Position numbers and translations under genes: made by a program. A stretch of DNA of 49,722 nt from a bacterium CG2_30_37_16 (GTDB lineage: Bacteria > Patescibacteriota > CPR2), in NCBI GenBank assembly GCA_001872945.1, contig MNYC01000030.1, forward strand, positions 1-49,722, in the 5' to 3' direction. The notes beneath the pieces are model-generated. The model saw only the letters and a list, made by a program, of their open reading frames with translations. It searched no databases and had not been told where the DNA came from. Below are positions 33,944 through 41,561 of the stretch, in pieces. Position 1 is the stretch's first letter. Every line of letters begins with the position of its first letter.

Positions 33944-35548
33944 TTGTTTTTATTTGCTTTTAGGTTAAAATTAATAACCATGACATTCCCGGACAACTTT
34001 CCCAAACCTCATGAAACTTATTTCAAAGCCAGCTTGGATATTCTTTTGGGTTTAGAAAGGAATGAATCGGTAGACAAATTAATTAAAGGAATTTCTTCAG
34101 GGTATAAAATAAACACGGTGCCTTTCTGGGTTATAAAATGGGTGTATGCTCATCAAGACAAAATTAAGCTTTCTAAGGATGTGCTAAATTTAATTAAAAT
34201 AAAAAAAGTCCGATCACTTTCCGGCATTGTGCCCGTATCAGTATTTACCAAGCCTCATCCGTGTCCCGGAAATTGTATTTTTTGTCCGAATGAGACTGGA
34301 GTCCCTAAAAGTTATTTACATAACGAGCCCGGCATTATGAGAGCACAGCGTAATAATTTTGATCCCAGTGAACAATTTTTTTCAAGGTTGAGCCAGCTTA
34401 ACTTCTCAGGACATGAAATCAATAAAGTCGATCTAATTATTCAGGGCGGAACATTTTCGAACCTACCGAATGAATACAGAGAACAATTTATAGCAGCTTG
34501 CTTTGCACAGGCAAATTCATGGCCAAGTAAGCTTGCCCCTAATGATATTTATGACTTGGTAAAAGAACATGGAAAGAACGAGAAAGCAAAAATCAGAATT
34601 ATAGGGATTACCATAGAAACTCGGCCAGACTGGATAAACGAAAAAGAAATTATATTCTTAAGAAAACTAGGAGTTACAAGAGTTGAGCTTGGAGTTCAAA
34701 ACATTTCAGATGGAATCTTAAGTCTAAATAATCGAACCCATACGACAAATGATATTATAAATGCCACAAAACTATTAAAGGATTCGGGACTCAAGATTTG
34801 TTATCATCTGATGCCGGGTCTTTACGGTTCAAATTTAAAGGATGATTTAAACAATATTAAAAAGGTGTTTAGTGATCCCGCATTCAGACCAGATTATTTA
34901 AAAATTTATCCATGTGTTGTCTTAAAAAATACAAAATTGTTAGAATTATATAAGAAGAAAAAATATGAACCCCTGACGGATCATGATTTGATAGACCTAC
35001 TTATAGAAGTTAAAAAAATTGTTCCCGAATATGTGAGAATTCAAAGGCTGGGCCGCGATATTCCGGCAAACTCAATTGCCGCCGGTTGCAAGATCTCCAA
35101 TATTAGAGAGCTAGTTTTAAAAAAAAGCTACTGCAAATGTATCAGATGCCGTGAAATAAAAGACCAAAAAAACCATAAAGTTCATTTAAACATAATTTCT
35201 TATACTGCTTCAGGCGGAACAGAATATTTTTTGGAAATGGTAGACAAGGATTATCGTCTATATGCCATACTAAGGCTTAGATTCCCGCAAGAGTTTTATA
35301 TCAAAGAGCTTCAAGACTCAGCCGTTATAAGAGAGCTTCACACTTACGGAGCCGCAACAGGAATTGGAAAAAAAGGGAAAATCCAACATTTAGGACTCGG
35401 CAAACTATTAATTGAGGTAGCTGAAACAATTTCAAAAAGTCATGGGTATAAAAAAATTGCAGTTATATCCGGAATTGGCGCCAGAGATTACTACCGAAAA
35501 TTGGGTTACAAGTTAAAAGATACCTACATGATTAAAGATCTTTTATAA
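33944..35548 (+). CDS. elp3: Elp3-family radical SAM / GNAT acetyltransferase (tRNA U34 modification enzyme homologue)
   Basis: Radical SAM cluster CPGNCIFCPNE, GGTFSNL, ITIETRPDW, VTRVELGVQ, and a C-terminal GNAT (IRELHTYG...QHLGLGKLLIEVAE...VISGIGARDYYRKLGY). The true start may be ATG 33980. Confidence 0.88.
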   Translation: MFLFAFRLKLITMTFPDNFPKPHETYFKASLDILLGLERNESVDKLIKGISSGYKINTVPFWVIKWVYAHQDKIKLSKDVLNLIKIKKVRSLSGIVPVSVFTKPHPCPGNCIFCPNETGVPKSYLHNEPGIMRAQRNNFDPSEQFFSRLSQLNFSGHEINKVDLIIQGGTFSNLPNEYREQFIAACFAQANSWPSKLAPNDIYDLVKEHGKNEKAKIRIIGITIETRPDWINEKEIIFLRKLGVTRVELGVQNISDGILSLNNRTHTTNDIINATKLLKDSGLKICYHLMPGLYGSNLKDDLNNIKKVFSDPAFRPDYLKIYPCVVLKNTKLLELYKKKKYEPLTDHDLIDLLIEVKKIVPEYVRIQRLGRDIPANSIAAGCKISNIRELVLKKSYCKCIRCREIKDQKNHKVHLNIISYTASGGTEYFLEMVDKDYRLYAILRLRFPQEFYIKELQDSAVIRELHTYGAATGIGKKGKIQHLGLGKLLIEVAETISKSHGYKKIAVISGIGARDYYRKLGYKLKDTYMIKDLL

Positions 35549-35578
35549 GGGTAAATGATCTATATCCAATTCCTTTAC

Positions 35579-35608
35579 TTGCTACATTGATTTAACTTAT
35601 ATTATAAT
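35579..35608 (+). promoter_or_regulatory. Putative promoter at the head of the pilus-associated locus
   Basis: TTGCTA (35579-35584), 18-nt spacer, TATAAT (35603-35608). SD AAGGGAG precedes ATG 35667. Confidence 0.4.
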
Positions 35609-35666
35609 AGATGTAAGCTAAGGGCACAGGAGCAAGGGCCCCTGCTTTAAAAACAAGGGAGAAAAT

Positions 35667-36731
35667 ATGAGCAGAAAGGTTTCAAATGATAGCCTATACA
35701 AAGCATTAGGCATTACCAGCATCTTTGTTTTAGCAATTATTGCTATTACTTTTCTCCCAACTAACAGAATCGAGGCGGCTTCTTTAAACAAAATCTTCAC
35801 TTTTGCATCAACTACAGAAAGTTGGGCCGGAAATGGCGGAATTTCAACTGTAGATTCATATCAGTCATCAGTAGGAAATCCCGCAGGAGCTTTACAATCC
35901 ACCATATCGGGAAGAAATAAGGTCAATACAACCGCCGGTTGGCTATTATCTGGGCTAACGTGGGAAGATCTTGGGGTTCCCGTTGGATCAACGGTGAACA
36001 CCGTTGATGGAAGATACGATTGGCAATGCTCGGAATATACTACTGGTAATTCAAAGTCGGCCTCTGGAGACTTAACAATTACAGATTCATCCGACGGAAA
36101 TTCGACAACGATAGAAAGCGGTGTTACTTTCGGAGCAACAACTACATGGGCCACAAGAAATGCTTCCGCCAATATAAATATACCCGCCTCACTTAATACT
36201 TCTAATACATCCATAAAGATTAAACTGCTGGGTAGTCTTCTAACTGGGAATAGCAATAGTGCCTTTGTAACCAGACAAATGGATAATATTTCATTAATTA
36301 TAGATTACTCTGCTAGTCCCACCCCAACTCCAACACCTACCCCCGGACCAACAACTAATCAATTAAAATCTATCGAACAATTTATTAGTCAGGAAAGCAC
36401 CGTAAAAATAGCAGGTTCAACCTCCTCAATGGGTTTTAATATCGACATTGCAGAAACTTCACCTATCGTGAAATCTGCATTTATTGAAATTCAAGGAGTA
36501 TCAAGTCCCTCAGCCGCGCAAGTTATTGATGTTGATGTTGATGGGGTCGGAAAAATTAGCCACTCCCTAGATACTTCAAATAACGTCAATTTCAGAATTA
36601 TATTTGACTTAAATAACTATTTATCCACAAAGGCGCCGCCCAATAATTATATTCTCAACATCAAACCTGTTACTGCCAGTGTCTCCGTTTTAAGTGCTAA
36701 ATTAATTTTAACTTATCAATACAGCGGTTAG
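35667..36731 (+). CDS. Secreted beta-rich protein: N-terminal domain, PTPTPTPTP linker, and a C-terminal domain paralogous to the next gene
   Basis: Signal/anchor sequence ending IEA-AS, a Ser/Thr/Asn/Gly-rich domain, a linker at about 36318-36345, and a C-terminal FNIDIAETSP..FIEIQGV...AKLILTYQY. Confidence 0.6.
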   Translation: MSRKVSNDSLYKALGITSIFVLAIIAITFLPTNRIEAASLNKIFTFASTTESWAGNGGISTVDSYQSSVGNPAGALQSTISGRNKVNTTAGWLLSGLTWEDLGVPVGSTVNTVDGRYDWQCSEYTTGNSKSASGDLTITDSSDGNSTTIESGVTFGATTTWATRNASANINIPASLNTSNTSIKIKLLGSLLTGNSNSAFVTRQMDNISLIIDYSASPTPTPTPTPGPTTNQLKSIEQFISQESTVKIAGSTSSMGFNIDIAETSPIVKSAFIEIQGVSSPSAAQVIDVDVDGVGKISHSLDTSNNVNFRIIFDLNNYLSTKAPPNNYILNIKPVTASVSVLSAKLILTYQYSG

Positions 36732-36732
36732 C

Positions 36733-37533
36733 ATGAAAAGATTTAGTCTTATACCTTTGACTTTGCTCTGTTTTATGATTTTTGCTGCTAGAGCCGAAGC
36801 AGCCCAAATTTATCCACAAAAGACCTTAAAATTTTTTGTAGGTCAAAGAAACAACGCAATTTCTAATGCCTCAGGATCATTTAATTTCGCTATCGATATT
36901 GCGGAAGAGAAGCCCTGCATTGGTCAAAGTTTTATTGAGTTTACTGGAGTTGCTAAAAATCCCGTTGGTACAGATATTCAATTAACACTGGGGGATACAA
37001 GCAGAACCTTTTCGCTTTCTGGCAACAATAATTCATCTGATTTTAAAATATTATTTTATATTGATGAAGCCCTGAATAATATTTCCAACCCCGGTTCGTT
37101 TAACTACGCCTTAAATTATACCGTTTCCGGTAATCTTATTTCGCTAATTGCCGCAAAATGTATTATAACTTACCAATTTTTTGAACCTCAGTCGGTAGGC
37201 CAAACCGCTTTTGCTCCAAGGTCTTACCTTATTTCATCAACGTATGATGGCGGAGAGTTTCCCGGATATAATACAATCAGCTGGACTACTAAAAATGAAC
37301 CACCAAATACTAATATACGGCTTCAGATAGCTACTTCCGACAATATAAATGGTCCATTTGATTTTGCGGGTCCTGATGACACCGCCGGTTCTTTCTATGA
37401 ATCACCGGGAGATGCTATTTCCAACATTCATAATGGTCAGCGCTATTTTAGATATAAAGTTTCTCTCTCTACCAAAGACCCGAACCAAACACCGGTTGTA
37501 GGAGATGTAAAAATTAACTTTTCAAATAAATGA
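36733..37533 (+). CDS. Secreted protein: N-terminal domain paralogous to the previous gene, plus a C-terminal beta domain
   Basis: Signal peptide ending AEA-AQ, FNFAIDIAEEKP..FIEFTGV...AAKCIITYQF, C-terminal ...RYFRYKVSLSTKDPNQTPVVGDVKINF. Confidence 0.6.
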   Translation: MKRFSLIPLTLLCFMIFAARAEAAQIYPQKTLKFFVGQRNNAISNASGSFNFAIDIAEEKPCIGQSFIEFTGVAKNPVGTDIQLTLGDTSRTFSLSGNNNSSDFKILFYIDEALNNISNPGSFNYALNYTVSGNLISLIAAKCIITYQFFEPQSVGQTAFAPRSYLISSTYDGGEFPGYNTISWTTKNEPPNTNIRLQIATSDNINGPFDFAGPDDTAGSFYESPGDAISNIHNGQRYFRYKVSLSTKDPNQTPVVGDVKINFSNK

Positions 37534-38069
37534 ACGAGAGAGGCACAACGTTAATTGAATTAGTAATATATATTGCAATTCTTGGAATTGCCGTTACTGG
37601 TATTTTGTACGTCACTTTCCCAATTATTAAAGTTTCCAAAAGAAACTCTGCCGCAACTGAAACTAGCCAAAATGCACGTTTCGTTCTCGACAACCTAAAA
37701 GCCGACCTAGGCTTGGCTGCCAATATTACCGAACCAACCGTAGGAATAAAAACATCTGATCGCTTAGTTCTAGCAATGCCGGACACAACAAGCGTTGTTT
37801 ACGAAATTAATTCGGGCAATGTCGAAAGAAAAGTTTATAATGGTATCAATTTGTTAAAAAATTACACTATTAATTCTCACCTAACTAACATTACTCACAG
37901 AAAAGACGTAGGGGAAACTGATATCAATTATTTTAAATTAGTGCCAAATGCTGATGTCTCCAAAAAACCGTCAATTCAAATATCAATTAAGATTAATTAT
38001 TTAGCAAATAATATAAGTAATTTTTCGCAGGAATATCAAACAACTAGCCTGCTTTCGGGAGGCTTATGA
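37530..38069 (+). CDS. Prepilin-type (class III signal peptide) minor pilin/pseudopilin
   Basis: MNERG-TTLIELVIYIAILGIAV: G at -1, E at +5, and a hydrophobic helix. Confidence 0.75.
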   Translation: MNERGTTLIELVIYIAILGIAVTGILYVTFPIIKVSKRNSAATETSQNARFVLDNLKADLGLAANITEPTVGIKTSDRLVLAMPDTTSVVYEINSGNVERKVYNGINLLKNYTINSHLTNITHRKDVGETDINYFKLVPNADVSKKPSIQISIKINYLANNISNFSQEYQTTSLLSGGL

Positions 38070-38473
38070 AACTCGGAGAAAGGGGTGCAACCATCCTTAT
38101 TACTACGCTGTCAGTTACCGGAATATTAATTACTCTTGTACTTGTTGCTAATGGATTGTCATTCAGTGAACTTAATATGAGCAATGACAATAAAAAAAAT
38201 CAACTTGTCTTAGATGCGGCTAAAGCCGGAATTTCCGATGGACTGCTTCGCATTACCAAAAACCAGTGTAGAGCAGATCCTTACTTATATTCTTTACCAA
38301 TCAACGAATATTCTGCTACAATTAGAATAACGGGCTGCGGAACCCAGAATATTTTTATTGAATCAACTATTGATAACCTATCGATTTTGCATCCATCAAA
38401 GAAGATGACGGCAAACGTAGTTTTATCAAATGGTGTGGTTAGCGTCAGTAATATTAGCGAGGTTTCTTTTTGA
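38066..38473 (+). CDS. Pilin-like protein with a non-canonical class III signal (no Glu+5)
   Basis: MKLGERG-ATILITTLSVTGILITLVLV. It sits between a pseudopilin and the PilM-like gene and overlaps both neighbours. Confidence 0.5.
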   Translation: MKLGERGATILITTLSVTGILITLVLVANGLSFSELNMSNDNKKNQLVLDAAKAGISDGLLRITKNQCRADPYLYSLPINEYSATIRITGCGTQNIFIESTIDNLSILHPSKKMTANVVLSNGVVSVSNISEVSF

Positions 38474-39891
38474 AACATGCTATCGCAATACAACTTGATG
38501 AAAAAAGTTTAAACATTCAAGACGCTAGGGAGGGCAAAAAGGGTTTTATTTTTGGCAAACCTCTAAGCGTTAAGCTTGAATTTGGCAATATCAAGGAACC
38601 AAATTTTGATAATCTTCACTCCGTACTCCTGAAAATTAAGAAAAAGAATCGACGAAAATTTAAAAAATCTTTTGTCGTTCTTACGCTTCCGGACAGAGTT
38701 GTCTTTTATACAAACGAGTTTATTCCATCAAGTATCAGTCCAAAAGAGATTGAGGATTCAATTAAACTAAATGCCGAGTTAGAAACGCCCATTGTGAAAG
38801 ACGAGTGCGTTATCCATTGGCAGGAAATAGAAAATGTTAGGGGCGAGAAAGGAAAAAAAGAATTTCTTGTCGGCGTAACACCCATAAATTTTATTGAAGG
38901 ACTAATTAATACTTTTAAAAAAACCAATATAAGCTTGCATGCAATTGAAACTTTCGCATTTTCGCATTTTAGATCCGTTAAGGAATCAGTTGATAAAGAA
39001 ACAAATCTGCTTGGAGTTTACGTCATTAATAATGAACTCAGTATTTATGTGGTTGAAGCTGGGAACTTGCGTTTTATTCAAAATGAGAAAATTGAAACCA
39101 AAACTCCTTTTGAATTTGTCGAGCAGGCAATCATAAGAGTACTTAGCTATTACTTTGCCGGCAAGAAAAATTTTAAGATTGACTCTTTTTATTTAGATTT
39201 TAATGAAAGTACTAAAAAGGCTCTTACAATAAAATTACAACAAGACTTAAGCCTCGACATACAATTGGTAGATAAAAATGAAAGATTTTCTAAAGAAAAT
39301 GCTTCAAACATGGTACTAGCTGGGGCGCTAGATCGATCTTTTACGGATCAAATTAATGACGTCGATATTAGCCTAATGCCTTTTGGCGTTAGAGAGGAAT
39401 ATATAAGAGAGAAAAATTATATTTTCCTAGACACCATAGCCAACATTTCCGTTACTCTTGCCCTTGTGATTATCGGGATATTTATATCAGTTCTCGTGTT
39501 TGTTTATAAATACGAATCCAATATTGACGGCTCTATTTCTCTAAACATTGCCGGCCAAAGTCAAAAAAGTGGCGAAATAGAAAAGAGAGCAGAAGAATTT
39601 AATGCCCAAGTAAGCCGGATAAAAAATTTTGAAAATAATGCAATTTTTGTTGATCAATACTTAAAAGATATAAATGATGCTGCCCCAAAAAATACCAAAG
39701 TCGCAAAAATAGAGATTGATAGTCTTAAGCGATCGATTGTAATTGACGGCAATTCAAATACTCGAGATGAAATTTTAGCTTTTAAAGAAGCTTTGAAAAA
39801 CAATAAGAGTTTTATTGAAGTTGACTTGCCGTTGTCATCAATAGAACAAAAAAATAATCCGATTTTTAAAATTAACATAAAGATAAAATAA
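38470..39891 (+). CDS. PilM-like (actin-fold) protein fused to a TM segment and a PilN-like C-terminal domain
   Basis: TTG start overlapping the upstream stop (TTGA). The ~300-aa cytoplasmic part has a PilM-like layout (LTLPDRVVFY..IPSS.SPKEIEDSIKLNAE), followed by TM segment ISVTLALVIIGIFISVLVFVY (about 39445-39510), a coiled-coil, and an alpha/beta C-terminus. Confidence 0.6.
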   Translation: MKHAIAIQLDEKSLNIQDAREGKKGFIFGKPLSVKLEFGNIKEPNFDNLHSVLLKIKKKNRRKFKKSFVVLTLPDRVVFYTNEFIPSSISPKEIEDSIKLNAELETPIVKDECVIHWQEIENVRGEKGKKEFLVGVTPINFIEGLINTFKKTNISLHAIETFAFSHFRSVKESVDKETNLLGVYVINNELSIYVVEAGNLRFIQNEKIETKTPFEFVEQAIIRVLSYYFAGKKNFKIDSFYLDFNESTKKALTIKLQQDLSLDIQLVDKNERFSKENASNMVLAGALDRSFTDQINDVDISLMPFGVREEYIREKNYIFLDTIANISVTLALVIIGIFISVLVFVYKYESNIDGSISLNIAGQSQKSGEIEKRAEEFNAQVSRIKNFENNAIFVDQYLKDINDAAPKNTKVAKIEIDSLKRSIVIDGNSNTRDEILAFKEALKNNKSFIEVDLPLSSIEQKNNPIFKINIKIK

Positions 39892-40421
39892 TGAAACCAA
39901 GCATAAGAAACAAAATAATCATTTCAAAAATTGTCTTAGCTATAATAATTGCAATTTTTTCGATTATTATTTTTCCAAAAAATCTGATCAATACTGCCGA
40001 CCGAATAAACGCAAAAAAAATTACTAAACTAAAACTTAATACTCAAATTAATAATAAAAGCAAACTAGAAAATGACTATAAACTAGCTCTACCCAAAATA
40101 ACAAATTTAGTTAATGTTTTTCCGAAGAGGAAACAGCCGGAAAAGATCTTGGATACTCTCGATGCGCTTGCGGAAAAGAATAAATTAAAACAATCCATAA
40201 AATTTGAATCAATTGTATCACCGTCAGCCGGTATATCAGTAATTGATCCTAAATATCTTTCGCTAACAATAAATTTAAACGGCAATCTGCCTGACATTAT
40301 TAATTACACAAAAGACCTAAACGCGTTGGTTTATTATTCGTATATCGACAACGTCCAAATAAGTAGCGAAGCGTTAATTTCTATAGCGCAAATTAAATTA
40401 AGAATCTTTACGGTGGATTAA
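39891..40421 (+). CDS. PilO-like bitopic membrane protein
   Basis: N-terminal TM segment (IVLAIIIAIFSIIIF), coiled-coil, and a small C-terminal domain. Size and position after PilM/N fit PilO, but no strong motif is present. Confidence 0.45.
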   Translation: MKPSIRNKIIISKIVLAIIIAIFSIIIFPKNLINTADRINAKKITKLKLNTQINNKSKLENDYKLALPKITNLVNVFPKRKQPEKILDTLDALAEKNKLKQSIKFESIVSPSAGISVIDPKYLSLTINLNGNLPDIINYTKDLNALVYYSYIDNVQISSEALISIAQIKLRIFTVD

Positions 40422-40639
40422 TGGAAATTAGATATTTATCGAAAAAAACCAAATTGCTTATAACAATAATTATCATTGTTATATTTAGTGCTTTCTTAAT
40501 TAGTGCTGTAATTATTGTAAAAAATGCTTTGTCAAAAATTCTTAACGATAGTTCAGTCGCTCAAAACGAAGCAATAAAATTTAATTTAGATGATTATGCC
40601 TTAATAAAGAAAAAAGATATAATTGAAAATAAGGAATAA
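40421..40639 (+). CDS. Small bitopic membrane protein (72 aa) in the pilus operon
   Basis: ATG overlaps the upstream stop. It has one TM segment (LLITIIIIVIFSAFLISAVIIV). Confidence 0.4.
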   Translation: MEIRYLSKKTKLLITIIIIVIFSAFLISAVIIVKNALSKILNDSSVAQNEAIKFNLDDYALIKKKDIIENKE

Positions 40640-40640
40640 T

Positions 40641-41561
40641 ATGAAAAATAATGACCCCAGCCTCGAACAATTATCAAAATTTTTACTTAGTTCTTCAGAA
40701 TATTCAGTTATCACAAGTACAAACGGTAAGATTACTTCCGTAAACGATAAGCTTCTTCACAAGCTAGGCTTTGCAAAAAATGATATCGTTGGCAAAAGCG
40801 TAAATCTTATCTTTCCTGAAAATAAGAATATCATTAATAATATTTTAGAAAACCGTTTTTCTGGAAATTTTATATCGGGCTTAAATCGGTCAAACAATAT
40901 TACATATATCAAATGGTTTTCTTGCGGTCTCGATTTGGATAGCAATTTCGTTTTGTTTAGCGGCACAGATGTAACCGACATCTTAAGTCAAAGTCATTTT
41001 TTCGAAAACGTTGTTCGACAATCCGCCGAAGTGATAATTGTTATCAGTTTGTCAGGCAACATCATCGACTGGAATATTGGAGCAGAAAATCTTTTGGGAT
41101 ATACAAAAAAAGAGATGGTCGGTCAATCTTTTTTTAAAATTACTCCCGATGACCATATTGAAGAAGCAAAAAAATGTTTAAAATTATTTAGGGACGAAAA
41201 ATGCAAAGACTGCCAATCGAAAAAATTAACAAAGGATGGGAAAATTATTGACGTTTCTGTTTCCGGTAATTTAGTAACGGATAGTTTAGGCAGTCCGGTT
41301 TCTCTTGCGCTTTTTATTCGGGACATCACTGAAATTAAAAAGCAAGAAGGAGAACTAAAATATCATGTGGCAGTTTTGGAAGATAAAAATAAGGCTTTGG
41401 GAATTTTAGAACGCTTTATTGTTTCTAGAGAACTGAAACTAATTGAACTAAAAAAACAAATTAGCGATTTATCTAAACAGGCCACTAAAAACGGTGACGT
41501 TTTGGTATCACCAAATTATGATAGCAATTTTTCAAATACCACTGAAGGAGCTAAAAATTGA
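40641..41561 (+). CDS. Soluble tandem-PAS protein with a C-terminal coiled-coil and no output domain
   Basis: Two PAS-like modules (NGKITSVNDKLLHKLGFAKNDIVGKS...; GNIIDWNIGAENLLGYTKKEMVGQSFFKI...KDGKIIDVSVS). ATG 40641 follows AAGGAA. The track start 40623 is an upstream TTG. Confidence 0.75.
   Translation: MKNNDPSLEQLSKFLLSSSEYSVITSTNGKITSVNDKLLHKLGFAKNDIVGKSVNLIFPENKNIINNILENRFSGNFISGLNRSNNITYIKWFSCGLDLDSNFVLFSGTDVTDILSQSHFFENVVRQSAEVIIVISLSGNIIDWNIGAENLLGYTKKEMVGQSFFKITPDDHIEEAKKCLKLFRDEKCKDCQSKKLTKDGKIIDVSVSGNLVTDSLGSPVSLALFIRDITEIKKQEGELKYHVAVLEDKNKALGILERFIVSRELKLIELKKQISDLSKQATKNGDVLVSPNYDSNFSNTTEGAKN

Noticed and set aside
35619-35650. GC-rich patch (AGGGCACAGGAGCAAGGGCCCCTGCTTT) in the leader of the first secreted-protein gene, considered as a small riboswitch or attenuator.
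   Set aside because: Only 4-bp alternative stems (GGGC/GCCC or CAGG/CCTG) can be drawn and there is no recognisable motif. This is insufficient evidence.
36621-36818. Two perfect DnaA-box 9-mers (TTATCCACA at 36621-36629 and 36810-36818) within 200 bp, raising the idea of an origin.
   Set aside because: Both lie inside coding sequences of the two secreted-protein genes, in different reading frames. There is no AT-rich unwinding element, dnaA or further boxes nearby. This is most likely chance in an AT-rich genome. A GC-skew analysis of the whole contig would settle it.
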